A stretch of 28,797 nt of DNA from a virus (Duplodnaviria; Caudoviricetes), in the IMG/VR virus record IMGVR_UViG_3300011338_000644, positions 1-28,797 of that record; one strand, 5' to 3'. A program made the position numbers and the translations under genes. Every line of letters starts with the position of its first letter. Within the stretch, counting starts at the first letter, position 1. This document shows, one piece after another, positions 7,876 to 17,097 of this stretch. Below the pieces are notes generated by a model. That model worked only from the letters and a program-made list of their open reading frames with translations. It was not told the DNA's origin and searched no databases.

Positions 7876-7907
7876 TTTGGCATCATGACTACTCTTTATT
7901 ATATATT
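7876..7907 (+). promoter_or_regulatory. Putative host-RNAP (Bacteroidota -33/-7 type) promoter TTTGGC-N18-TATA
   Basis: Identical spacing at 8334 and 26593; fits TTTG-N19-21-TAnnTTTG geometry. Confidence 0.65.
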
Positions 7908-7913
7908 AGGAGT

Positions 7914-8354
7914 ATGGACATAGATAAAGTATTTAATTCATTTAATGATGGAGAGTTCCAAGAGGCAATTAATGACCTCAGGGACACTCCTTCTTATTGG
8001 ATTGGTATGTTTAAAAAACTAATACACAATTATAATAGCGGTTATCAATATTTTATGAAAAACCTTCTAGACTCACTAGAAGACGAACATGACATAGATA
8101 AAGATAAAGTAAAAGACACAGTTGAATACTTAACTTATTCTATAGCATACTCATACATTAAAAGACTTGATATTACCGATTTATCCCACGTATATTACAT
8201 TACCTTAGCAGCGGACGATATGCTGTTGACTAGTGTTAAACGTTGTTTATACTACTTTGAATCAATAGAGAGATATGAAGATTGTGCATATCTAAAATTA
8301 ATTGAAACAGAGGTAAACAAAATCCTCCTAAAGTTTGGCTCCCCAAGTAAATAA
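7914..8354 (+). CDS. Hypothetical protein with C-terminal UvrB/UvrC-like motif
   Basis: YFESIERYEDCAYLK resembles the UVR coiled-coil (E.YE.AA) motif. Confidence 0.6.
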   Translation: MDIDKVFNSFNDGEFQEAINDLRDTPSYWIGMFKKLIHNYNSGYQYFMKNLLDSLEDEHDIDKDKVKDTVEYLTYSIAYSYIKRLDITDLSHVYYITLAADDMLLTSVKRCLYYFESIERYEDCAYLKLIETEVNKILLKFGSPSK

Positions 8355-8366
8355 CGTTATATTTTG
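8334..8366 (+). promoter_or_regulatory. Putative host-RNAP promoter TTTGGC-N18-TATATTTTG
   Basis: Closest of the three copies to the Bacteroidota consensus. Confidence 0.65.
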
Positions 8367-8461
8367 AATACGGGTTTTAAGGATTAAGAGAGATAGGGAA
8401 TAAGAACGAAACAAGAACAAAAAACACCTAGAGAATAAAATGGGTGGTTATAAATAAACAT

Positions 8462-8659
8462 ATGAGAAATAGAGAAATTTTTAATAGGAAATTAGAGAAT
8501 TTAGAGTCTAATTTAACTAAAATGTCTTACTTATTAAGACGCCAAGGAACTAAAGATGAGTATGATGACATGATCACATCTTGTAGAGATTTAATTGAAC
8601 AGATGAAATCATATATTAATATGGAACCTGTCACACCTAATGAAATCAATAAGTACTAA
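8462..8659 (+). CDS. Small helical hypothetical protein
   Basis: ORF; ATG 8462 preferred over GTG 8444; heptad-like pattern. Confidence 0.7.
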   Translation: MRNREIFNRKLENLESNLTKMSYLLRRQGTKDEYDDMITSCRDLIEQMKSYINMEPVTPNEINKY

Positions 8660-8660
8660 T

Positions 8661-9440
8661 ATGTTACAACCGGAACAAATATTAAGTAACTGGGAAGAGT
8701 TCTTAGGTTATATTGATATGTACATTATGGGAGACCGTGGTGCTAAATTAAAAGCGTTTTATGAACAATATTCTGAACGTTTTATGATGATGCCTGCTGC
8801 TCATAAACCTCAATATCATAATTGTTTTCCAGGTGGTTATGTAGATCATGTTAATAGAGTAGTTCAAGGTGCTTTAAAAATAGATCGTGTATGGAGAGAA
8901 ATGGATGTAATTGATACTTATACTACTGAAGAATTAGTATTTTCTGCTCTGAATCATGATTTAGGTAAATTTGGTACTTTTGAACAAGAAGCATATTTGC
9001 CTCAAACTGATCAATGGAGACGTGAGAAATTAAATGAACCATATATGTTTAATGATCGTTTAGAGTTTATGTCTGTTCCTGATCGTGGTTTATATATATT
9101 ATCTCAGCTAGGAATTACAGTTACTAAAAATGAGATGTTAACTATTAAATTACATGATGGTTTATATGATGAAGCTAATAAGCCATATTTAATGTCTTGG
9201 ATGCCAGAAACTAGACCTCGTACTTCATTAATCTATATTGTTCATCAAGCCGATTTAATGGCAGCAAGAATTGAATTCGAAAGAGAATGGTTACCTAAAT
9301 TATTAGGTCCAAAACCAGAAAATAAATCAAATTTTAATTTAAAAAAGGAAGATAAGAAAATACCAGTTAAATCTAAAGCACTAGGTAGTGTTAAAAGTGA
9401 AGGTTTAAAAAATGTAATGTCTAATTTCTTCGACGAATAA
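8661..9440 (+). CDS. HD-domain phosphohydrolase (YhaM-like)
   Basis: PAA..YHNCFPGGYVDH, LNHDLGK, LHDG, HQAD; alternative start at 8640. Confidence 0.9.
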   Translation: MLQPEQILSNWEEFLGYIDMYIMGDRGAKLKAFYEQYSERFMMMPAAHKPQYHNCFPGGYVDHVNRVVQGALKIDRVWREMDVIDTYTTEELVFSALNHDLGKFGTFEQEAYLPQTDQWRREKLNEPYMFNDRLEFMSVPDRGLYILSQLGITVTKNEMLTIKLHDGLYDEANKPYLMSWMPETRPRTSLIYIVHQADLMAARIEFEREWLPKLLGPKPENKSNFNLKKEDKKIPVKSKALGSVKSEGLKNVMSNFFDE

Positions 9441-9442
9441 AA

Positions 9443-9709
9443 ATGATATTAATAATATTAAGTATATTGGTTGTGATCCTAGGGTTCACGACCTTTAACC
9501 TTCTAATGAAAAATGAACAAGCAGAAGATATAATTATATCTCAAGATACATTTATATCTAAATTTATGGACACAGTTAATAAAGCTGATGCCAAATTAAA
9601 ACAAATTGATCATAAAGGTTCATTTGAATCAGATGATGAAATTGGATTCTTTTTTAAAGAAGTAAAAAACATACAAGCAACACTAAATGAGTTCAATAAT
9701 AAACGCTAG
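9443..9709 (+). CDS. Small membrane-anchored hypothetical protein
   Basis: N-terminal TM helix, coiled coil, FESDDEIGFFF motif. Confidence 0.7.
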   Translation: MILIILSILVVILGFTTFNLLMKNEQAEDIIISQDTFISKFMDTVNKADAKLKQIDHKGSFESDDEIGFFFKEVKNIQATLNEFNNKR

Positions 9710-10409
9710 TAATTTACCTAAGAACCCAAGTTCTACTAGGTACTTTACTCAAGATACAGAAGATGCTATTGTCGCTTATAATAAGTCTTTAGACTTTGAT
9801 GAACGTGATAAGATTTATAATAGAAGAATCCATTATGCTTTTTTTAAGCTAACGGAAAATATTATACATACGTTTAAATTTTATTATACCGAGGTAGATA
9901 ATATTGAAGATTTACAACATGAAATTATAACATTTCTATTAAGTAAAATTCATTTATTTGATCAAAGTAAAGGTGCTAAAGCATACTCTTACTTTGGTAC
10001 TATTGTAAAACGATATTTAATTATATCTAATACTAAAAATTATAAAAAACGTATTGATAAAGCACCAATTGAGGATTTAGAACAAGACGAGAAACATTCG
10101 TATGAAATCGATGATATCCCACCTAATGAACGTCTAAATGAGTTCTTAACACTATATACTGAATATTGTTCTAATAATTTAAAAACATTATTTCCTAAAG
10201 ATAGTGATGCTAAAATAGCTGATGCAATTCTTGAATTATTTCGTAAACGTGAGGTATTAGATATATTTAATAAAAAAGCACTTTATATATACATCCGTGA
10301 AATAATTGATGTAAAAACACCTAAAATTACTAAAATAGCTAATAAATTAGGCGATATATTTAAAGAACATTACTTATTTTATATTGAAAACGGATATACA
10401 AATTTCTAA
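9687..10409 (+). CDS. Phage RNA polymerase sigma factor (gp55-like, sigma-70 region 2)
   Basis: EDLQHEIITFLLSKIHLFDQSKGAKAYSYFGTIVKRYL matches the region-2 'EDL.qE....l..FDpskG.kf.sY' pattern. Confidence 0.8.
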   Translation: MSSIINASNLPKNPSSTRYFTQDTEDAIVAYNKSLDFDERDKIYNRRIHYAFFKLTENIIHTFKFYYTEVDNIEDLQHEIITFLLSKIHLFDQSKGAKAYSYFGTIVKRYLIISNTKNYKKRIDKAPIEDLEQDEKHSYEIDDIPPNERLNEFLTLYTEYCSNNLKTLFPKDSDAKIADAILELFRKREVLDIFNKKALYIYIREIIDVKTPKITKIANKLGDIFKEHYLFYIENGYTNF

Positions 10410-10414
10410 GTATC

Positions 10415-10427
10415 ATATTTATAAATA
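10415..10427 (+). promoter_or_regulatory. Putative late promoter, palindromic TATTTATAAATA
   Basis: ATATTTATA motif ahead of the structural operon; 10416-10427 is a perfect palindrome. Confidence 0.55.
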
Positions 10428-10433
10428 AAAATC

Positions 10434-10775
10434 ATGAGTAATTTAGAATCAGTTGTTTTTGGAAATAAGAAATTCTCTGATATCTTAAGCGAGATATACG
10501 ATAATCAAAAGAAAAAAGAAAAACAAATATCAACATTAATCGGCGAATTAAAGCCATTAATCAATGATATTGGTGATGCTACATTAATTGTACCTTTAAT
10601 TAAAGAATACTTAGAAATAAGCGTTAAAAATGATGAACAATTAATTAAAATGGCTACTATTATCCAACGTGCTTTATCTAATTCAGCTGAAGCAGGTAAT
10701 GGATTTGATTTATCGGATGAAGAAAAAACACAACTATTAGCCGAAATAGATAAAATAAGTAAAGATGCCAATTGA
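10434..10775 (+). CDS. Hypothetical helical protein
   Basis: ORF heading the structural operon. Confidence 0.75.
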   Translation: MSNLESVVFGNKKFSDILSEIYDNQKKKEKQISTLIGELKPLINDIGDATLIVPLIKEYLEISVKNDEQLIKMATIIQRALSNSAEAGNGFDLSDEEKTQLLAEIDKISKDAN

Positions 10776-12030
10776 TGTTACATATGGTTACAGTTCAGTA
10801 AGTAAAGGATTTAATACAGGTAATAAAAATTATGCTGTTGATACTGCTACTTCTTTAGGCAATCTAATAACAGCTGTTCGTGTTAAAGATATAGTATTAG
10901 ATAAAACACATCCACAATTTGTAAATGTAGGTGAATGGAATGGTTTAGGTACTATATTTTTTGATACAGTTAAAGATCCTAATATTTCAAATAAAAATAC
11001 TTGGTCTACGGCTCGCCCTATATCATCTAATATTAAAATATATCCATTAATTAATGAGATAGTATATTTAATATCTTTTCCTGATACTGGTATAGGAAGT
11101 AATCCTACATCAGGTCAATTATATTATATTAGTACTGTAGGTATATGGAATACACCTCATCAAAATGGTTATCCTACTATTGATACTATACCACCTCCAT
11201 CACAACAAAAGACAATTGATCAAATTGAGTTAGGAAGTTCAAAAACTGTAACTAGTCAATCTACTGAACTTAATTTAGGTGACACATTTAAAGAACGTGG
11301 TAATATTCATCCTTTATTACCTTTTGAAGGTGATATAATAGAAGAAGGAAGATGGGGTAATAGTATTCGTTTTAGTTCAACAATTAAAACTAAATCATCA
11401 TCAATAGGTTTAAATGATTGGTCTCAAGGACCAAGTACATCTGGAGATCCTATCACTATTATTAGAAACGGTCAATCAGTAAAAGCAAATAATGAAGGTT
11501 GGGTACCTATAACTGAAGATATCAATAATGATTTAACTTCTATTTATTTAACTAGTACACAAACTATACCATTAAATGCGTCTAGTGTTAATTATTTTAG
11601 TTATCCTAGTAACCCACCTCAAAATATAAATAAATTTAATGGTCCTCAATTAATATATAACTCAGGACGTATAGTATTAAATACAAATAAAGATCATTTA
11701 CTTTTAAGTTCTATTAAATCAGTAAATTTAAATGCTGTAGAATCAGTTAATATTGATACACCTACAACTATAATTCAATCAAGTAAAGTATTATTAGGTT
11801 CTAAAAATGCTACTGAACCTGTTTTATTAGGTGATAGTACTATTGCTACTTTAACATCTATACTTGATAATATGGTAGGATTTTTAAATTCTTTAGAAAA
11901 TGTAGTATCCACAGCTCCAGGAACACCATTAATTACATTATCATTACCTGCTAATTTATTATCAAGTAAACTAGATGAAATTAAAGGTAATCTTGAAAAA
12001 TTAAAATCTAACACTGTTAAAACTGTATAA
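10765..12030 (+). CDS. Baseplate hub/central spike (gp5/VgrG-like)
   Basis: OB-fold-like YPLINEIVYLI, EGRWGNSIRFSS, beta-repeat NSGRIVLNTNKDHLLLSS, EPVLLGD; lies upstream of gp25. Confidence 0.7.
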   Translation: MPIDVTYGYSSVSKGFNTGNKNYAVDTATSLGNLITAVRVKDIVLDKTHPQFVNVGEWNGLGTIFFDTVKDPNISNKNTWSTARPISSNIKIYPLINEIVYLISFPDTGIGSNPTSGQLYYISTVGIWNTPHQNGYPTIDTIPPPSQQKTIDQIELGSSKTVTSQSTELNLGDTFKERGNIHPLLPFEGDIIEEGRWGNSIRFSSTIKTKSSSIGLNDWSQGPSTSGDPITIIRNGQSVKANNEGWVPITEDINNDLTSIYLTSTQTIPLNASSVNYFSYPSNPPQNINKFNGPQLIYNSGRIVLNTNKDHLLLSSIKSVNLNAVESVNIDTPTTIIQSSKVLLGSKNATEPVLLGDSTIATLTSILDNMVGFLNSLENVVSTAPGTPLITLSLPANLLSSKLDEIKGNLEKLKSNTVKTV

Positions 12031-12986
12031 TGGCAACTATTAACCCAGAAGAATTAGAACAGGCTAGATTACAACAAGCATCTGATGAACAAGTAGCATT
12101 AGCTCAATCTAATACTACTACAGTAGATGCTACTGAAATTGAAAATGCAACTCCATCTGATTTAAAAGCGATGGGTATTTCTAAATTACCTTTATTATTA
12201 TTAGTAATAGGTAATCAAATAAAAAATATTATTGAACCGGCATTAATCAATTTAATTAAAACTTATATACAAAAATATTTAGCCGCTGAAGCATGCGCTG
12301 ATCAAGCTACTATAGATAAAATAATACAACAACGAAATTTAATAGTTAATCAATTAAATAAAATTGTTAAAACTTTAACTATCATTACAGTATCGTTAAC
12401 TATTGCTATTACATTTTTTGATCTTTTAAAATTAGCTATTAAAGGTATTGATTTAGCTAAACTAGCGGCTATTTTAGCAGCGGGAACTTTTCCAGCATTA
12501 ATACCTTCTTTACCTAGTACATTACAGCAATTAGATTTAGCTAAAATAAAACTACAAACAGACGAAGAAGGTAATGCTAAAATAGCTAAATATAAAGCGA
12601 TAATTGGAGGAGCAGCATTAGTATCATCTATTATTGGTGGATTTGTATTAATAGCTATAGGATTATTAAATTCTATTGATCTTTTCTTACAAAAATGTGC
12701 TCCTAACCAAGCAAATGAATTAGTTCCTATATCTAAAGAAACACAAGATATAGCTAAAGTACAAGCTCAAGCAGCAACAACACAAAATCAAATAACATAT
12801 AAAGGCTTTATTATTGAAATTGAATTAGTACCATATAGTTCTACTACAACTCGTAGACGTGCTATTGGTAAAAATCAAGACGGTATTATATTAATTCAAA
12901 CCGAATTATCATTTACTACTAATGATCAAACATTAATTGATGAATTAAAACTAATTATTGATAGAGATAATTTAAAAGCCTATTAA
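12030..12986 (+). CDS. Putative virion protein with long hydrophobic helices
   Basis: Coupled to the spike gene (TAATG); two long apolar segments. Confidence 0.65.
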   Translation: MATINPEELEQARLQQASDEQVALAQSNTTTVDATEIENATPSDLKAMGISKLPLLLLVIGNQIKNIIEPALINLIKTYIQKYLAAEACADQATIDKIIQQRNLIVNQLNKIVKTLTIITVSLTIAITFFDLLKLAIKGIDLAKLAAILAAGTFPALIPSLPSTLQQLDLAKIKLQTDEEGNAKIAKYKAIIGGAALVSSIIGGFVLIAIGLLNSIDLFLQKCAPNQANELVPISKETQDIAKVQAQAATTQNQITYKGFIIEIELVPYSSTTTRRRAIGKNQDGIILIQTELSFTTNDQTLIDELKLIIDRDNLKAY

Positions 12987-12990
12987 CTTA

Positions 12991-12999
12991 ATATTTATA
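12991..12999 (+). promoter_or_regulatory. Putative late promoter ATATTTATA
   Basis: Recurring intergenic motif. Confidence 0.55.
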
Positions 13000-13004
13000 A
13001 CACG

Positions 13005-13361
13005 ATGAAATCAGAAGAATTTAAAAAAATTATTAAAGAAGCCGTTCGTGAAGTATTCGTTGAAGAAATGAAAGAAATACTTTTAGAAGCGGTTAAAGCA
13101 CCTAAAGCCTCAGCAGGTCAAGGTAGTTATGGAACTGTTACAGAATCATATGTACAACCAACAAATTCAAAACCATTAGATCCAAACGCTAGAAAAGCAG
13201 TTATGGCTAATATTTTAGGTGATATGGCATCTGGTAAAACAATGACAACAGAAACACTTACAGCTAATACATTTGTACCTAGAGGAGGTGACGCTGTTAA
13301 CGGATCTTTACCTGAAGGTAATGTTGGTTTAGATCAAATTATGGGTTTATTAAATAAATAA
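13005..13361 (+). CDS. Hypothetical virion-associated protein
   Basis: FKKIIKEAVRE..ILLEAV N-terminus with [ILV]xE sites. Confidence 0.7.
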   Translation: MKSEEFKKIIKEAVREVFVEEMKEILLEAVKAPKASAGQGSYGTVTESYVQPTNSKPLDPNARKAVMANILGDMASGKTMTTETLTANTFVPRGGDAVNGSLPEGNVGLDQIMGLLNK

Positions 13362-13363
13362 TA

Positions 13364-13771
13364 ATGGCGTACGGTGCACAAAAAATATTTCCTATTGATA
13401 CTAAACCCGGTACCGCTATTGGTATTAGTTTAGATTTTAGTAACCCTGGAGTATTTCAGTCTACTTATTTAACTAAAGATGCTATTAAAAATAATTTAAT
13501 AAATTTTTTCTTAACTAATCAACCAGAACGTTATTTAAATCCATTATTTGGTGGTAATTTAAGAAATTTTATATTTGAACAAATAACAGCTAATAATACT
13601 GATTTTTTAAAACAAGATATTCAAACCCAAATAGGTTTATATTTTCCTAATGTTATAGTAGCTAGATTAGATGTTATAGAATACCCAGATATAAATCAAG
13701 TAGTAGTAACATTAAAATACACAATAGCAGACACTAATATAAGTGATCAATTAGATATAGCATTCAATTAA
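13364..13771 (+). CDS. Baseplate wedge subunit, gp25/GPW-like
   Basis: AIKNNLINFFLTNQPERYLNPLFGGNLRNFIFE..YFPNV signature. Confidence 0.9.
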   Translation: MAYGAQKIFPIDTKPGTAIGISLDFSNPGVFQSTYLTKDAIKNNLINFFLTNQPERYLNPLFGGNLRNFIFEQITANNTDFLKQDIQTQIGLYFPNVIVARLDVIEYPDINQVVVTLKYTIADTNISDQLDIAFN

Positions 13772-15627
13772 TGGCAACAATTAAAGATATAAAGTACTTA
13801 AATAAAGATTTTACAGAGTTAAGATCTAGTTTAGTTAACTACGCTAAAACGTATTTTCCAACTACGTATAACGATTTTACTCCAGCGTCACCAGGTATGA
13901 TGTTTATGGAAATGGCAGCTTATGTAGGTGACGTTTTGTCATTCTATTTAGATAACCAATTCCAAGAAACATTTTTACAATATGCTCGTCAAACAAATAA
14001 CTTATATGAGTTAGCTTATATGTTTGGTTACAAACCAAATGTAACTGGTGTAGCATTAGCAGATATTAATTTTTATCAACAAGTACCATCTAAATTATCA
14101 GGTTCATCTTATGTACCTGATTTTAATTATGCTTTATATATTGAACCTAATTCTAGAGTAACCTCTAATCTTAATTCAAATATTTCATTTTTAGTTGGAG
14201 ATCCAGTTGATTTCTCAGTTTCAAGTTCAAGTGATCCAACTGAAGTAACTATATATCAAATAACAGGAACAACTCCTAATTCATTTTTATTAAAGAAAAC
14301 TCGTAAATCTATTTCTGCTACTCTTAAGTCTAAAACTTATACATTTGGAGAACCAGTTCAATTCGCGACAATAGATTTAAGTGATGAAAATATTATTGGT
14401 ATATTAGATTGTGTTGATTCTGATAGTAATCCATGGTATGAAGTTGATTATCTAGCTCAAGATACAATTTATAAATCAATAAAAAATACAAATACTAACG
14501 ATCCTTATTTATCACAATATCAAGGAGATACACCTTATTTATTACAATTGGAACAAGTACAAAGAAGATTTGTCACTCGTTTTATTGATTCAGGCTCATT
14601 ACAAATACAATTTGGAGCAGGTACAGCAACTGACTCAGATGAATATATTATTCCTAATCCAGACAATGTTGGTTTAGGTTTACCATTTGAAAAAGATAGA
14701 TTAACAGTAGCATATTCACCTAACAACTTTACTTTCACTCGTACCTATGGTATAGCTCCATCTAATACTCAATTAACCTTCAGTTACTTAACTGGAGGAG
14801 GAGTTTCAGCGAATGTACCGTCTAACGACTTAACTCAATTAAATGGCAATGTTCAGTTTTTAAATAATAATTTAAATTCAACTACAGCTAATACAATATT
14901 TAATTCATTAGCAGTATCAAACCCAGAAGCAGCAAGTGGAGGAGGTAGTGGAGATACAGAAGAAGAAATTAGACAAAACTCATCTGCTAACTTTGCTTCA
15001 CAACAACGTAATGTTACTCAAGATGACTATTTAGTTAGAACATTAGCTATGCCAGCTAAATATGGTACTGTAGCTAAAGCATATATTGAACCTACTAAAG
15101 CACAAACTATTTCAGCTGGTGAGTCTAATTCAATATTAGATTTATATATTTTAAGTAATAATGCTCAAGGCCAATTAACTACAGGTTCTTTAGCTTTAAA
15201 ACAAAATGTAATTACTTATCTATCACAATATAGAATGGTTAATGATTCTATTAATATTAAAGATGGATTTATTATCAATATTGGAGTAAATTTTGAAATT
15301 ATAATTTTACCTAACTATAATAATAATCAAGTATTAACAGCTTGTATATTAGCATTACAAGATTATTTTACAATTGATAAATGGCAAATTAATCAACCTA
15401 TCTTATTACGTAATTTATATATACTTTTAGATAGAATTGAAGGAGTTCAAACAGTAAAAACTGTAGATATTGTAAATAAAGTTGGAGTTAACCTTGGATA
15501 TTCACCTTATGCTTATGATATTACAGGAGCAACAGCAAATAATGTTATTTATCCTAGTTTAGATCCATCTATATTTGAAGTAAAATACTTAAACACAGAC
15601 ATTCAAGGTAAAGTAGTACCTTTATAA
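13771..15627 (+). CDS. Baseplate wedge subunit, T4 gp6/baseplate J-like
   Basis: DFTELRSSL..YNDF..GMMFMEMAAYVGDVLSFYLD; QFGAG; GG..EEEIR..QQRNVTQDDY. Confidence 0.9.
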   Translation: MATIKDIKYLNKDFTELRSSLVNYAKTYFPTTYNDFTPASPGMMFMEMAAYVGDVLSFYLDNQFQETFLQYARQTNNLYELAYMFGYKPNVTGVALADINFYQQVPSKLSGSSYVPDFNYALYIEPNSRVTSNLNSNISFLVGDPVDFSVSSSSDPTEVTIYQITGTTPNSFLLKKTRKSISATLKSKTYTFGEPVQFATIDLSDENIIGILDCVDSDSNPWYEVDYLAQDTIYKSIKNTNTNDPYLSQYQGDTPYLLQLEQVQRRFVTRFIDSGSLQIQFGAGTATDSDEYIIPNPDNVGLGLPFEKDRLTVAYSPNNFTFTRTYGIAPSNTQLTFSYLTGGGVSANVPSNDLTQLNGNVQFLNNNLNSTTANTIFNSLAVSNPEAASGGGSGDTEEEIRQNSSANFASQQRNVTQDDYLVRTLAMPAKYGTVAKAYIEPTKAQTISAGESNSILDLYILSNNAQGQLTTGSLALKQNVITYLSQYRMVNDSINIKDGFIINIGVNFEIIILPNYNNNQVLTACILALQDYFTIDKWQINQPILLRNLYILLDRIEGVQTVKTVDIVNKVGVNLGYSPYAYDITGATANNVIYPSLDPSIFEVKYLNTDIQGKVVPL

Positions 15628-15637
15628 TAATTAAATA

Positions 15638-16744
15638 ATGGCAGTATATAAAATATTTCCTACTCAAGATGCAACTATGTATTCTATGTTCCCACAGATG
15701 AATACAGGTATTGATGAGATCATAGAAGCAACAACAACAACATTTGGTCCTTTTGTTCCAAATCCTGAAGTTAGTAGATTTTTAATTCAATTCGACTCAA
15801 ACGAAATGAATAGTATTATCAATACTAGAATAGGAGCAAGACAATGGGATGTTTATTTACAATGTTATGCGGCCGTTGTAACAGGTTTAAATGAACCTAC
15901 TACAATGTCTATATTCCCTGTATCTCAAAGTTGGTATAATGGTACAGGAAAATATTTAGACCAACCAGTAACTACAGATGGAGTTTCTTGGGTTTGGGCT
16001 CATTATTCAGGTTCTGAACAATGGACTACAGCTTCTTATAATGCTGGTTCTACAGGTTCATATAGTACAACACCTGGAGGAGGGGTATGGTTAACTGCTT
16101 ACTCAGCTTCTCAAATATTTCAATATTCAGATAATATTGATTTAAGTGTTAGTGTAAAAAACATGGTGAGTGCTTGGAATAGTGGAAGTATTCCAAATAA
16201 TGGATTTATAGTTAAACAAGCTAATAATGATGAATTTATAGATAATCCTAATGTTCAAGTAGAATTTAAATTTTTCTCAATTGATACTAATACTATCTAT
16301 CCTCCTCAATTAGAATTTAGATGGAATGATACATCTAGTTATACTGGTTCAACAAATGTTACTACTATTAACACAGACCAAATGACTGTTGTATTAGGAG
16401 AAAATCCAGGTACATTTTATTCAGGTAGTATAAATAAATTTAGAGTAAATTGTCGACCAACATATCCACCAGTAGTATTTCAAACAGCATCAATTTACCT
16501 TGAAAATTATTATTTACCTTCTGAATCATATTGGTCATTAAAAGATTTATCTACAAATGAAGTAATTATAGATTATAGTGACCCATATACAAAATTAAGT
16601 ACTGATATCTCAGGTAGTTTCTTTACAATGTATATGAATGGCTTAGAACCAGAAAGAAATTATCAGATATTAATTAAAACTATATTTAGTGGTTCAGTAC
16701 TTATTTTTAATGATAATTATTACTTTAAGGTAGTTAATGGATAA
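15638..16744 (+). CDS. Virion structural protein with DNRLRE/CBM96-like domain
   Basis: DATMYS..SRFLIQFD..VKNMVSAW..NNGFIVK..PPQLEFRW. Confidence 0.6.
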   Translation: MAVYKIFPTQDATMYSMFPQMNTGIDEIIEATTTTFGPFVPNPEVSRFLIQFDSNEMNSIINTRIGARQWDVYLQCYAAVVTGLNEPTTMSIFPVSQSWYNGTGKYLDQPVTTDGVSWVWAHYSGSEQWTTASYNAGSTGSYSTTPGGGVWLTAYSASQIFQYSDNIDLSVSVKNMVSAWNSGSIPNNGFIVKQANNDEFIDNPNVQVEFKFFSIDTNTIYPPQLEFRWNDTSSYTGSTNVTTINTDQMTVVLGENPGTFYSGSINKFRVNCRPTYPPVVFQTASIYLENYYLPSESYWSLKDLSTNEVIIDYSDPYTKLSTDISGSFFTMYMNGLEPERNYQILIKTIFSGSVLIFNDNYYFKVVNG

Positions 16745-17097
16745 TGGAACAAGTAAATTTAAATAAAAATGTTTTTTTAAAGGATCAATATGAAAAAGTT
16801 ATTGATACTTCATTTACTCAACTAGTACAGCCTGCTGCAACTAGTTCAGTTGTTCCTCCATCTATTTCTATAGCTGAATTTTTTACTAATTACCAAATAT
16901 TATTTTTTGAAATACCTAAGTATGGTAACACAAATTCACATGAATATTTAATAAAAACAAGCCAAGCATACGCTGGTGATTTTAGTAATAGTGATGATAC
17001 TATTCAAGCGTTAATTGAGGAAATAACATCATTAAGACAAGAAAATTTAACTTTACAAGAACAAATATTAAATCCTACAGGTAGCATTAATCAATAA
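16744..17097 (+). CDS. Hypothetical baseplate-region protein
   Basis: Translationally coupled at both ends; C-terminal coiled coil. Confidence 0.7.
   Translation: MEQVNLNKNVFLKDQYEKVIDTSFTQLVQPAATSSVVPPSISIAEFFTNYQILFFEIPKYGNTNSHEYLIKTSQAYAGDFSNSDDTIQALIEEITSLRQENLTLQEQILNPTGSINQ

Noticed and set aside
10505-14738. Minus-strand ORFs at 10505, 11775 and 14535
   Set aside because: Short, fully antisense to well-supported + strand genes, no recognisable features
10765-15627. Bacterial T6SS/eCIS locus
   Set aside because: Adjacent primase, exonuclease, sigma factor, endolysin and tRNAs indicate a phage tail module; no Tss membrane complex or Afp15-type ATPase
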